A DNA stretch of 63,782 nt, the filler included, from Collodictyon triciliatum (lineage: Eukaryota): assembly GCA_043381765.1 (NCBI GenBank). It is 12 parts of 12 records of this genome, joined end to end, with 100 filler letters (N's around TTAATTAATTAA, not from the genome) between each part and the next. Parts side by side here need not be neighbours in the genome. Positions count along the whole stretch, not along the records: positions 23,419 to 29,172 come from JBHJMP010004971.1; positions 29,273 to 35,025 come from JBHJMP010004972.1; positions 35,126 to 40,931 come from JBHJMP010004973.1; 9 more parts are not named here. One strand, 5' to 3'. Made by a program: the position numbers and the translations under genes. The notes under the pieces were generated by a model that was given only the letters and a program-made list of their open reading frames with translations, was not told the DNA's origin and did not search any database. This document shows positions 27,684 through 40,889 of this stretch, piece by piece (the first letter of the stretch is position 1; each line of letters starts with the position of its first letter).

Positions 27684-29172
27684 TGTATGTATGTATGTAT
27701 GTATGTATGTATGTATACATCTATTTATGTTTGTGTGTACTTATTTGTGATTGCGTTACCTGCGTCCGGTCCCCACAGCTCTTTCATCCGATGAATGATA
27801 TACGCGTGGTAGAACACCGATGTCCCTGCCTCCTGTGCTCAATGCATATTTCCCTTGTAAGTTTACTTACATACTCGTCTTTATCCATACATATCGATAT
27901 GATTCTCTCTTCTTAGATATGTAAACACACATTTGTGTATCATATCATATCTTGTGATGAAAAAAATAACACATACGATGAAATAGCCGTTCGGAAGAAC
28001 ATCGTCCTTTACAGCTGTTCTTAAGTCTGTCGGGATCGATGGATGCAAGCGTAGTGTTTCATTGAGCACCTGTTGTATTCACATATACTTTGAGTCTGCC
28101 ATCCAACAATCGAAATCTGCGCACAAAATGAAATAGTGAAATACACAAAATATCGCGCTAGGATTTGGATGGTGAAGCTTTCCCAGATTAAGGGGAGCAG
28201 TGATTAAAAAGGCGGTTGGGACAGACATTCTTGAGGTAACGGAGGCTATCGAGCTTGTCAGCAGACGGAAGCTCATCGCCTGAAATGCAAGGTGGTGATT
28301 AAGCCGGAGAGAATATAGAGGTTGATGCAGGGAGTTTAACATAATGAGGGTGTGCTTCAATTGTCATACCGATGACTTGGTCTATTTCAGCAACCACGCG
28401 AGCTTCGACGTTCGGGTGGAGGGACAACTCGTAGAAGAACCATGTAAGCAGGATTGCTGTCGTATCACGCCCAGCAATAAGCATATTACGCAACATGTCT
28501 TTCAAATAGTCCCTACAATTTAAGGATAAAAATTTTCATCAAAAATGTAGAATTTCGGTCCATTAATTGTGCCTTTTTTTTTTAGTTGAATCGGCCAATC
28601 ATTTGGTTATAAACCATAAAATGCAGTGATTCAATTATGGATAGGTTGTACTAATATAACCTTGTAGGCGTTGGCTCTGATTTTATGTATTCTGCGAGCA
28701 AATCTTGTCTTTCGCTGAGCCTCGGGTCGGCGATACTTTGGTCAATAACCTACCCCATTTAAGGGAAAAACAATGAAAGCCGCATAATTACTTGCACCTT
28801 AATTTGACTGGATTATCATTAAGGAGGGATGTTGTACCTTTTCCACAAATCCGTTGATAACTCCAAGATTTCTATCAAATGTTGGGGAAGGGATATACTT
28901 GGAAAATGGAAAAATGAGCATTCTCCATGAAGATAACTTCTGGACAGTATCAAATGCTTTTGCAAATGGGTTTTCTGTATTTAGTGAATCAATGTTGTGG
29001 CCGAACAAGATTTCGCCGACGCTATCCAGAGTAAACCTGCACCATTCAAACAGACAACAAAGGCTTACTCACACGAATTCACCGATATTCGTTCAATCCT
29101 ATTTGTTGTAGATGGTTGTACTTTCAAAAAAAAAAAAAAAAAAGACGAAAAAAAGAGGGCAAACTAAAAGAA
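27215..29172 (-). CDS. Cytochrome P450 copy B (5'-truncated), CYP86/704-clan-like motifs
   Basis: [30 protein letters not shown], and the heme motif [22 protein letters not shown]; ends MTVEKRK*. Confidence 0.93.
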
Positions 29173-29272
29173 NNNNNNNNNNNNNNNNNNNNNNNNNNNN
29201 NNNNNNNNNNNNNNNNTTAATTAATTAANNNNNNNNNNNNNNNNNNNNNNNNNNNNNNNNNNNNNNNNNNNN

Positions 29273-31063
29273 GATGCCGAATTGCTCCACGATTGGGTAG
29301 CAAGTATCCAAAATTCCCTCAAGCAGGGTGTAAAGGAAGTAATCCGCTGTGTGGTTGAGATGATAAAAAAAAAATCAAAATAGTGAAGAATATATCTAAT
29401 GCGCTGTGGAGTAGGAAGGGATAAACGACGAAAAGACAAAGGGATTAGGATACCTCCGCTTTGTCGAATCTTGGAGTTTGCTCGTTGGATGCGGCGCCGG
29501 ACGTTCGCCCAGGCATCACCAGGCCGTCCCTCCTGAAAGGTAAGAATGGTTTCTGATGTGGAATCGTAGAAGAAAAAGACATGCTCTTGGTCGAGTTGCG
29601 ATTGGTCTGCTGGTAGGGTGACCATTTTGGCAATAATAAATATCTACGGTTACACAAAGTACGAAAATTAATACTCAAATATTGCTTGGATATAGATGTA
29701 GATTTGAATCTCAAATTAATTTGTTCGTCTTTGCTTTTAGAAATCGAATGATCGGATGTATATTTAAAATAAAAAAAATGCAGACATGGCCTTCTGCCTC
29801 GTAGTAGTCCATCTTAGGCCGATTTACAATGTCGCAGATGTCCCCCTTTGAATTATTAAAAACTGCGTTCAGATAATTAATGGCACTATTATCCACCACT
29901 GCATATACATTCAAATACCATGAATGGTAGGACGAAAATAAATAAATACGCACCACCATCAGAGGATGCAACTTGTACATTTTTGCAAGGGTATTTACAA
30001 TATTCGCATCAATCCCTATTATGAATAGCATAATTTTGTAATTTTTTTTTTTTACTTAATACAATGTACCAGAACATAACACCATTCAAATATGAAAATG
30101 CTAATAAAAATCTCCAAATTGAACCCAATAAATTAAATGATGGCACATTTTTCGAGAATACACAAAGTCAAATTGCAAATTCCCTAAAATTTACCACAAA
30201 AAAAATTAAGAAAAAGAAATACCAATTAAAGCTGCAGGATTAAACTTACCGTCGATGTTGACCCAGCGCACACTTGCCCACGATGGCTTTCCTTGTCCAA
30301 TGAGCGGGTCCTCCACTGAAGCAATATCTTCAGATACAGACGCCTGGTCTCTGCTGAAATCTATGCAGCTCAGCTCTACTTTGACAGGTCCTTTCTCCCG
30401 CTGGAATGAGGATTTAAGTTTTTTTTTAAAAAAAAAAACTTTAAATATAAATGAAGAGCGCACTTTGAAATAGAATAATCATAATAAAGCTGATTACCAT
30501 CAAGAATTGAAAAAAAAAACTCATTACTAAGAATAATACAAAAAAAAAGAATCATTAATGTATACACATATATATGAATCAACCAAAATACCAGGTGTGA
30601 CTACACTGAAAACACACAAGTAAAGTAAAGAAGCACAAAAGTACGATATACGCACCAATATCTCTAGATTCTCATCCCACACTTCAACCTTGACTCTGCC
30701 CTTCTCCATCTCGCTGTCTGCATTATCTGTCATCTGCTGCTGCTGTTGTTGTTGTTGTTGTTGTTGCTGCAGCTCCTTCTGTGCCTGTGCTTTGAACGCA
30801 GGTAAGACCGTCAATGCTTTGAGCTTCAGGTGCGATACCAACAAGCCTGTCCGATTCTCAGGCTTCTTAGTCTGTAAATCATCCCCTGAAGCCGACTGAC
30901 TATGAACTGATTGTGTAGCTTCTTTGCCAGGGTCTGAGTCAACCCGAAGCGACCGATTTGAACCTGAACCCGAGCCTCCCTCTCCTGAAGCTTTCTGCAG
31001 CTCTAAAGAGGCCCCCGATCCATTTGGCTCGTAGATGGTTTTCGAGCTCTTCGACTTTAACAT
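29273..31063 (-). CDS. corA: CorA-family Mg2+/Co2+ transporter (multi-exon, 3'-truncated)
   Basis: VRWVNIDG|IDANIVNTLAKMYKLHPLMV|GDICDIVNRPKMDYY and ILTFQEGRPGDAWANVRRRIQRANSKIRQSG match the CorA soluble domain. N-terminal low-complexity/polyQ extension. Confidence 0.85.
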
Positions 31064-31517
31064 CTGAAGAGTAAAAAGGCAGGACTCAGCGTTGGATGTA
31101 CCTTGGTTTTTATTGATAATATATATTTATGTCTAGTTGAATGACACACAAGTTGTCGAATATTGCGACGAGGAGACAGAACTTATGTTTCAATTTGGGT
31201 CAATAAAGGCATAGGGTAAAGTATACAGGGTTATGAACATCGCTTAAATATCTAGGTAGGAGCGGGATTGGACATAAATAAATAAAAAAAAAACCATTCC
31301 TGTTTATATGTCTTTTTTTTTTAAAAAAAATCAATAATTTCAATGGCTATTGCCGATCTTCAGGAAGTGGAGCAGTGTTTTTATATAAATATATTTTACA
31401 CACACACACACACAAATCATATTTACTCTGTACGGAAGAATTAGGAGGTATAGATGTGTTGATTTGAGTCGCCTGTGGGCGGGTATTTGTGTTTAGATGT
31501 TTTTGGGTGTGTGTGTG

Positions 31518-31622
31518 TGTATGTATGTATGTATGTATGTATGTATGTATGTATGTATGTATGTATGTATGTATGTATGTATGTATGTATGTATGTATGT
31601 ATGTATGTATGTATGTATGTAT
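31518..31622. repeat. (TATG)n microsatellite
   Basis: About 25 tetramers. Confidence 0.93.
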
Positions 31623-32837
31623 TAAAATATAATCGATATCATATGATGAGCTAGCGTATGGAAATAGGACCTAGAAGCTCATTGGCCTTTTTGTATTACA
31701 TTCATGTTATTAATATACTACTTTCATTTATTTATTATATTTTTTTACAAACACATCTAGGTATAGAACACAGTCTTTTTCATTGTCCTTTTCTCTCGGA
31801 TCTCTGTTTCCTCCACAAAATGCCAAATAGTGACCAAAGTTATGTGTCCAAAGGAAAATACCGTCCCGGCTTTGCAGGGAGGATAAAGACTTCAACACCG
31901 CCTGTCCGATCAGGTTCTCGTTAGCGCACCGCCTCCCAGAAAAATAGCTAGCTTTAAGGAGTAACAAGCTATATACCGTCTGTCATTCATTTATTCTTAC
32001 TTTCTTACATATATATATTCGTGTAAAGTATATACATATTCATATTCATTTACAATATTGCGTGTGCCTATGAGTTGATCTTGTTGCTGATTTGGTGTTG
32101 CATTTTGTTTTAGCGTGCCTGCTGCTGTGTGTCTTTGAGTGTGCCGATCTTGAAGGCTGATCGACCATCGGGCTGGGTGAGGGAAGGTAGCGTAGTGTAG
32201 CCAGTGTTAGCTTGCCCCAGCTACGATGCCGCTATGCACCGTTACGAGTGGCCCTAAATGGAAATGACTTTGTTGATGTTGCACAACGAGTTTTCATCAG
32301 CCACACAACCCAACCGAATGGCTTTTATTCGCAGAAGGGGACAATGCGCGTTGATCATGAATAGTGGCAGATGGTTGTGGCTTTGTTCTGGCTTGGACCT
32401 GTCATTTGCTTTAATCTGCTGCGAAATCGTTCGCCTTCACTTTCTCCTGTGGTCTATATGTCAACAAGAGCGAAGGGCAACTTTGTCGATTGCAGGGTGT
32501 CTTCAGAGAGCCCCAGTATGGGGAATATACGATTCTCCCCTTCGTTTTTATTTATGGGCATATGCATATGTATAATTGAATGGCTTGGGTTTTGGTGCTG
32601 TGTTGTGGGTGGCCTTAAGAAAGCAAGAACGGATCCTGAAAGAAGATGAGTAGATGCAAATCACAGAGTGTGAAACAAATTTACCATGGGGGAGAGGCAC
32701 CGAGCACACCAAGAGAGAAGCAGAGGGCTTCTCGAGGAGAGATTCAATAAAACGAAAACGAAAAAGATAAAGATAAAGATAACCAAGCAGAAAATATCGG
32801 GGAGAGGAAAGATATACTTTACACACAGTTACTTTGG

Positions 32838-34593
32838 TTACAGGTCAGGAGTGATTCCTATAAGCGACGCTAAATTATGAAGATGGCTGATTGCTTTTTG
32901 GGTAACTGGATGTGTAACACCCAACTCCTGGATATAGGTCGCAACTGTTCGATAAACTATTGGATACGCCTCCCGAAGCAGCTCCATCTGTAGCGCCCTT
33001 GGGATCTAGAAATATCAGAACGATAATATTAATAACAACTAAACGCTTCCTGGTGGGGAAATAGTCGAGAAGCACGTAGCAACATCGAAGAAGAAGAAAA
33101 ATACTGGATTAACGGCATACTTGCGCAAATCGTTCTTTTTGGTGCTCAAACAGAAGTTTATGGTCTTTATCCTACATTGATTATGATTGGACTTATTATT
33201 TTGCTGGTGGTGGTTATTTTTTGTCTGTTGATTTGTAAAATGTGAAACCGTAAACGTGTCGTGTGATTAGCAAAAGGATGGCCAACCTGTATTGCATAAT
33301 TTTGGGGGTCTAGTTCTTTGGCGTGAGTCCGCTGCAGGTTTTTTCTAAGCTGGGCCACATTTTTTGTCTTTCGGTACGAATTAATTATGCTGGAGTGTTT
33401 GGAGCTACTCGGTCCTTCGTTGTCACTTTTGTCTGCGAAAGTATTTATCATTAGTGTTAATATAGCATGATTGTTTCATAAACAGTATTAACCACATATT
33501 AGATGTATGTCATGTTTATTGGTGATTTAATCAAAAAAAAAAAAAGAAAGGAAGAGTACCATGGCCACCGGGTTGGTCCTTATGCAAACCTATCAGATCC
33601 CCAGCCATTTGCGAAGAATTTACAGAAAAGGGTGCGGGTTTCACTTTCGGCTCGCTTTGTGTGACGGAAACCTTCTGATCTCCTCCTTCTCCATCAAATA
33701 CAGGTAATGATGAATATCGAGACGCCTTAAGCCTTCTTGCATCTAAACGGCGAGCGGACTTTGGCGTTTGTAAAGGAGACCCAGAACCATCCATAATTTT
33801 TACATCTGAAAAATTTTGAATATCGTGTAAAGGTAATTTCGTTCCTTTGTCCACATCTTCCTTGCAAATCAAATTCATTTCCAGTGGTGGTGATTTTTTC
33901 CGAGGCTGATTTCCACTAAACTTTGATGTGGCCTTTGGTGGGACAGGTATAGATATTTCCATGGCTACTCTTTCAGTTGGAATATCTGGAAAATTTGCAT
34001 CTGCTTCAATTTGCGTCGTTGTATATTCTGACGAGATGTAGTCCGTATCTTGTCTCACAAGAAACCCAGGCTTTGTGTCGTGGAGCAATGACTTGCCGAA
34101 ATTGGGTTTCTGATCAAAAAGAGACGTAGCAAGTGGAGGAAGCTGACGATTTGTGTTACCACGGTCTTGAAGTGAATGCGACGAGAAAGACCGGATAAGT
34201 TTCAGTTCCTCATTTGTAGACCTTATATGCCCATCACCATCATCATCAGTACAGAGATATGGTATTTTTGAATCAGTCGCTTTCGATATCTCAGACAGAT
34301 GAGCCATGGATATATTTGGATGTGAGTTGGATGCCAGATGAATTGGTTTCAACTTGATGTGTGAGTGGTGTGACGAGTGTTTTGCAGCATTGTTTGACGA
34401 GCTGATACCTGAGCGGTGCGAATGTGATCCATCTAAAGCGTCATCGTGGTTGGATTCTGTAGATAAAAGATAGGGTGTATCGAGGGTACTTTCTGCGGTA
34501 ATATTCGAAGGATTCCCAGATAGCTGTTCTGCTTTTTTCTCGTTTATGGTTGCTGTGTATAACTTGGTCCCTTCCATGACATGAGATGATATC
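32838..34593 (-). CDS. Hypothetical protein (at least 4 exons, 5' end unresolved)
   Basis: A ~1-kb low-complexity exon splices in frame (GT-AG) to DKSDNEGP..QNYAIQ, DKDHKLLFEHQKERFAQ and IPRALQMELLREAYP..LIGITPDL*. Confidence 0.6.
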
Positions 34594-35321
34594 TGGTCGA
34601 AGCTAAAATATATAAAAAAAAATTTTTTAAAAAAAAAACAGCTGGGGTTCAGTGGCTTTATTTTAATACTTTTTTTGGGCCACCTTTTATCGAAATGGGT
34701 ATGACTACCTATGAATTCATGATATTTGATTTCGTTTGTTGTAATATGATGAACACACTCTAGTGAGATGAAAAAAAATACCACTCACTATTTAATTTTT
34801 TTATATTTCTACTCAATAATAATCTCTCTATATGGATTTTTTTAGTGTCTCTAATCTTGGTCATGTGTTGAGTTAGCGTGATGTTATCTCCTTCATATTC
34901 CCCCTTTTTTTTCTTCTTTTCTTCATTTTCTTCTTTCTTCTTCTTTCTTCTTCTTTCTTCTTCTTTCTTCTTCTTTCTTCTTCTTTCTTCTTCTTTCTTC
35001 TTCTTTCTTCTTCTTTCTTCTTCTTNNNNNNNNNNNNNNNNNNNNNNNNNNNNNNNNNNNNNNNNNNNNTTAATTAATTAANNNNNNNNNNNNNNNNNNN
35101 NNNNNNNNNNNNNNNNNNNNNNNNNTTAATTCATGGTCGATCGACTCCAGCTCAAGAATTGCTTCAGCAGGCTGTGACTTCTTTGTCTTTTTCTCTCTCA
35201 CCACAGAGGTAAATCTCTTAGAAATTCCTTTATTTATTTAAGAAAAATGATTTACTAATTTTAGATAATAGGTAATCAAATTGTCATTAAGTTGAAAATT
35301 AACATTTTTTGAATATATTTA

Positions 35322-38300
35322 TTATAATAAACCTTGTTCCAGATAGACGCGCCCTTGCTTTACTGCACTCGCTTCTAGTTGATGGCTTTTGGTACATTTT
35401 TTCAATTCTGAGTCATCTATCTTTGCTGATGTTTGAACATAACCGTCTAATCCATGACGTTGGCATTCGGGGCATTCAAAACGATAAGCTTCCGCAAAAT
35501 TTGGTCGAATTGATGATATTTGTTTGATGAAGGTTGAAAGGATATCAAAAATCCTGACGAATCTATCACCATCATCAACCTCATTTTCATATTTTCTAAT
35601 CTTGACTGAAATACTCTTTTGGTGGATTCGATACAGAATAATCAAAGAGTCTCCAGGAAGCAGTTGAATTTCATCCGTTCCTGTTTTGTAGTAAGCATTC
35701 AGATGTATGAACGCGACATCTCTGAAAAACTGGTCGTCATATTGAACTCCAGCTTGTGCCTCTTTTGTCAAACGAAGCGCTTGTATGACGACGTTGCTTT
35801 TATCAGAAAGCTGGATTTCACCATTGGTCATTATTTCTACAGAGGTCTCAGCAATGCAGTTTGACTCTGGTTTATCATTCCATAAGGCTTTGAGATTTTG
35901 GCAATCTTCCATCAGTGAGGGAAAGGCGATGCATTCTCTGTTGAATTGAATACCAAGGCCGAAATGGTCAAAAATTCGAAGAATTGTATTGAAAACTTGT
36001 TCATCCATTTCTGTATTCAGTTTTTGTTTGATTTGGTCTTTTAGCTTGCTCAACAAAATGATACCGTTTGTGTCCTTCCCGATGCCTTTGAAGCTGAAGA
36101 CACAACGGAATATATTAATGAGAAAGAGTGGGTCTAAAAATATAATGTCTTCGATATATTCAAGTGATGAATACCAAACGACCGAGCCAAGGTCGTGGAG
36201 GAACTTGAGAGCACTTTCGCACCCATTTCTATCCATACCTAGCTGCTTCTTGGCAAAATCGTAAGTGTCTTGGATTCGTTCATACTTTGATATTTGGCTT
36301 TTCGAATTCAGATAGTCTTTCAGCCCGATATATGTTTTTGGAATCTCCTTGTTCATGCTATCAAGCGTCATCATTCCTTCATATAAACCTTTCTTCAAAT
36401 CAGATATTTTTGTTCCACTCTTGTTGCTTACTTTCAACTCTGTACTGATGAAGATGTGGCGAGCCTTTTCATCCAGTTTCTGCTCATTTTCTTTTTTGAT
36501 ACGTTCTATTTCTTTTTGCATCTCTTGAATATAAGTTTGATTTTCGCAATCTTGACGAGTCCCAGCAATTATGATTTTTGAGCCAGGTGCAAAGTCATCA
36601 AGCATTTTGACCCAGCGGCTGAGATTGTTCTTCTCCTTGCCTTGGTCGAGTCTGTAAAGGATTAAAACGAGGGCGCCTGATGACAAAAAGAATGGGTGTG
36701 TCACTTGGAACTCCTCTTGCCCTCCAAAGTCCCAGATTTGCACGGAAATCTTTGTATTGAATAGTCCACCCATGGTCGACTCATCAATATCAACGTGGGC
36801 AATACCATCAGTTGCAATCCTTGGCTGGTCCACGGTATTCTTGAAAAACATAGATTTTTGGGTGATTGATTTGATGAGTGTTGTTTTTCCTGCCTCTCCC
36901 TCGCCCAATAGTAGGAGTCTTCCTTGGGTCCATTTTACAACACCATTCATGGAGTTTGCCAGGAAATCGAAGATAGCCTCAGACCCATTGCTAATGACGT
37001 TTCGTGGTATATTTTTAATTTGATTTCCCTGGATATTCAGTCCACTTCGAAGAGCTTTAAGCTTGGCGATGATTTCGGGTAACTTTTCAATCTGATGATG
37101 ACATATGCGAGTTTTTTTGTTATATTTACGTAATACGGCCATATAACTTGATCGAAAAAATAAATAAACAGGAAAATGGAAGAGAAATGGAAGAGAAATG
37201 GAAGAGAAATGACCTTGTTGTTGGATATGTCCAGTTTTTGAAGATTTGCAAGGTCTGCTATGACATCTGGGATGTGTGAAATCTGGATTTGTACGATGGG
37301 TGAGTTTAAGTGGGTATTTGATTACTATATTTGTATTTTTGTTCATTCATCAGGTGTTATTGCTTTGAACATGCGTTTTGTGTAGATTTATAACCTGATT
37401 TCCAGAAATATTGAGGGTCACGATAAGAGTTATTGTACAAATGACTGTGGGGAATGCGTCGAGCTGAAATACCCGCGTATTTTTCAGTTAATTCATTAAG
37501 TAGAATGCATGTTAGGCTGTTTGAATTGCGTGTTTACATACATTCCAATATTTATGTTAATGTCTGTGTACCCTGTTGTTGCTGATGCTGAGATTTGTGA
37601 GATTCGTCAAGTTCGACGTGTTTGCTGGCAGTGTGGATATCTATTTATATATTAATTAAAGAATTTTGAATGAAATCAAATTATTCATAAAATGGATTAC
37701 CGATTATAGGAGTTCCATTCACATATGAGCCATTATAAACCTGGTTGTTGGAGATGTCAAGCTCGTTGGATTTGATGGGCAGTATGAACAGTTCATTTGG
37801 TAAATCTGTGATGTTTCGTCCAGATAGACTTATTCTATCGCTATTTGCGAGATTGATCGAGTCTAAAATTTGTTGGATGTACGATGGAAAAGCATTTTGC
37901 TTCGTGTCCAGCTTCTTGAGCTTTTTCAACGCTCGCAAATCAGGCAAAGTGGATATCTGTTAATTGAAGGGAGGTGTTATTCCTTAATATCGACGACTGA
38001 TACATGAATCTGCAAGCAAATCACAGGCATGTAGTTTGTAGTGTATGAATCAATCATCAATCATTCTGTCTGAATCAAGCACTAATGGTCGTACCATGTT
38101 GCTGCTGATACTGAGATTTGTGAGATTCGTCAAGTTCGATATGTTTGGTGGCAGTGTGGATATCTATTTATGTATTGATTAAAGAGGGTTTTGTTGCAAT
38201 CAAATAATTAATTAAATGGATTAGGGAATTATAGGAATGTCTTCTTTTTTATAAATGAAAATAGATTTAGTTACCTGGTTGGTGGATATATCGAATGATG

Positions 38301-40889
38301 CGACGAATGTCAATGCGCAGATGACTGCAGGCAATACGTCGAACTTTGGTGTGTAAGTATTTGTCAGAACACTCTCACTTATGATAGGCTGAGATGTGTG
38401 TTTATTATATTTATTATTCCGATGTTTCTACCTTATTGTTGCTGATGCTGAGATATGTGAGATTCGTCAAGTTCGACATGTTTGCTGGCAGTGTGGATAT
38501 CTATTTATATAATAATTAAAAAATGTTGAATGAAATCAAATTATTCATAAAATGGATTACCGATTATAGATATTCTATTCACATATGGGCCATTATAAAC
38601 CTGGTTGTTGGAGATGGCAAGCCCTTTGATGGGTAGCATGAACAGTTCATTTGGTAAATCTGTGATGTTTCGTCCAGATAGACCTATTCTATCGCTATTT
38701 GCGAGATTGATCGAGTCTAAAATTTGTTGGATGTACGATGGAAAAGCATTTTGCTTCGTGTCCAGCTTCTTGAGCTTTTTCAATGCTCGCAAATCAGGCA
38801 AAGTGGATATCTGTTAATTGAAGAGAGGTATTATTCCTTAATATCGACGACTGATACATGAATCTGCAAGCAAATCACAGGCATGTCGTTTGGTGTATGA
38901 ATCAATCATCAATCATTCTGTCTGAATCAAGCACTAATGTTCGTACCATGTTACTGCTGATACTGAGATTTGTGAGATTCGTCAAGTTCGATATGTTTGG
39001 TGGCAGTGTGGATATCTATTTATTTATTGATTAAAGATGGTTTTGTTGCAATCAAATAATTAATTAAATGGATTAAGGAATTATAGGAATGTCTTCTTTT
39101 TTAAAAAAAATCAATTTAGTTACCTGGTTGGTGGATATATCGAGTGATGCGACGAATGTCAATGTGCAGATGACTGCAGGCAATACGTCGAACTTTGGTG
39201 TGTAAGTATTTGTCAGAACACTCTCACTTATGATAGGCTGTGTGTATGCTTTAATTTTTTTCAAGTATTCGTACCTTGTTGTTGCTGATGCTGAGATTTG
39301 TGAGATTCGTCAAGTTCGACATGTTTGCTGGCAGTGTGGATATCTATTTATATATTAATTAAAAAATGTTGAATGAAATCAAATTATTCATAAAATGGAT
39401 TACCGATTATAGATGTTCCATTCACATATGGGCCATTATAAACCTGGTTGTTGGAGATGTCAAGCTCGTTGGGTTTGATGGGCAGTATGAACAGTTCATT
39501 TGGTAAATCTGTGATGTTTCGTCCAGATAGACCTATTCCATCACTATTTGCGAGATTGATCGAGTCTAAAATTTGTTGGATGTGCGATGGAAAAGCATTT
39601 TGCTTCGTGTCCAGCTTCTTGAGCTTTTTCAATGCTCGCAAATCAGGCAAAGTGGATATCTGTTAATTGAAGAGAGGTATTATTCCTTAATATCGACGAC
39701 TGATACATGAATCTGCAAGCAAATCACAGGCATGTCGTTTGGTGTATGAATCAATCATCAATCATTCTGTCTGAATCAAGCACTAATGTTCGTACCATGT
39801 TACTGCTGATGCACTAATGTTCGTACCATGTTGCTGCTGATGCTGAGATTTGTGAGATTCGTCAAGTTCGATATGTTTGGTGGCAGTGTGGATATCTATT
39901 TATTTATTGATTAAAGAGGGTTTAAATAACAATCAAATTACTAATAAAAAAGATTTACGAATTATAGGGGTATATTGTTAAAAAAGGATTTAGTTACCTG
40001 GTTGGTGGATATATCAAGTGATGCGACGAATGTCAATGTGCAGATGACTGCAGGCAATACGTCGAACTTTGGTGTGTAAGTATTTGTCAGAACACTCTCA
40101 TTTATGATAGGCTGAGGTGGATATTCATATGCTCACTAATTCAAGTATTCGTACCTTGTTGTTGCTGATGCTGAGATTTGTGAGATTCGTCAAGTTCGAT
40201 ATGTTTGCTGGCAGTGTGGATATCTATTTATTTATTAATTTAAGAGAGTTTAGTTGCAATTAAGTTGGTAATTGAATGGATTAACCATTAAATGGATGTC
40301 TCGTTAAAAAGAAGGATTTAGTTACCTGGTTGGTGGATATATCGAGTGATGCGACGAGTGTCAATGCGCAGATGGCTGCGGGTAATGCATCGAACTTTGG
40401 TGTGTAAGTATTTGTCAGAACACTCTCACTTATGATAGGCTGTGTGTATGCTTTAATTCTTTTTTTTTCAAGTATTCGTACCTTGTTGCTGCTGATGCTG
40501 AAATTTGTGAGATACGTCAAGTTTGATATATTTGCTGGCAGTGTGGATATCTATTATTTATTAATTAAACAAGTTTTAATTGCAATCAAATGACTAATAT
40601 AATATATTAATGAATATAGGAATGTCGCCTTTTTTTAAAAAAAAAAAAAAAGGATTTAGTTACCTGGTTGGTGGATATATCAAGTGATGCGACGAGCGTC
40701 AAAGCGCAGATGACTGCTTGTAATGCATCGAACTTTAGTGTGTAAGAATTTGTCAGAACACTCTCATCTATGATAGACTGGGATGTATATTTATATGCTT
40801 GTCAATTCAAGTATTCGTACCTTGTTGCTGCTGATACTGAGATATGTGAGATTTGTCAAGTTCGACATGTTTGCTGGCAGTGTGGATAT
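35322..40889 (-). CDS. Roco protein: LRR array + Roc GTPase + COR, no kinase (5'-truncated by contig end)
   Basis: Terminal exon 37091-35322 has P-loop GEGEAGKTT, switch I ATDGI, IWDFGGQEEFQVTHPFFLS, GTRQD, and COR motifs IPKTY, ALKFLHDLGSVVWY, IFLDP. 19 upstream phase-0 LRR exons: 40821-40889, 40664-40732, 40482-40550, 40326-40394, 40155-40223, 39998-40066, 39827-39895, 39444-39659, 39275-39343, 39124-39192, 38947-39015, 38601-38810, 38432-38500, 38275-38343, 38095-38163, 37741-37956, 37572-37640, 37395-37463, 37214-37282. Confidence 0.93.

Noticed and set aside
37092-37346. N-terminal 85 aa of the 674-aa ORF (MNKNTNIV...)
   Set aside because: Read-through of introns and of an out-of-frame LRR exon. 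The real terminal exon starts at the cag acceptor at 37091.
37214-40889. Regularly spaced near-identical repeats resembling a CRISPR array
   Set aside because: The repeats are in-frame LRR exons with GT-AG boundaries, the spacers are themselves duplicated introns, and there are no cas genes.
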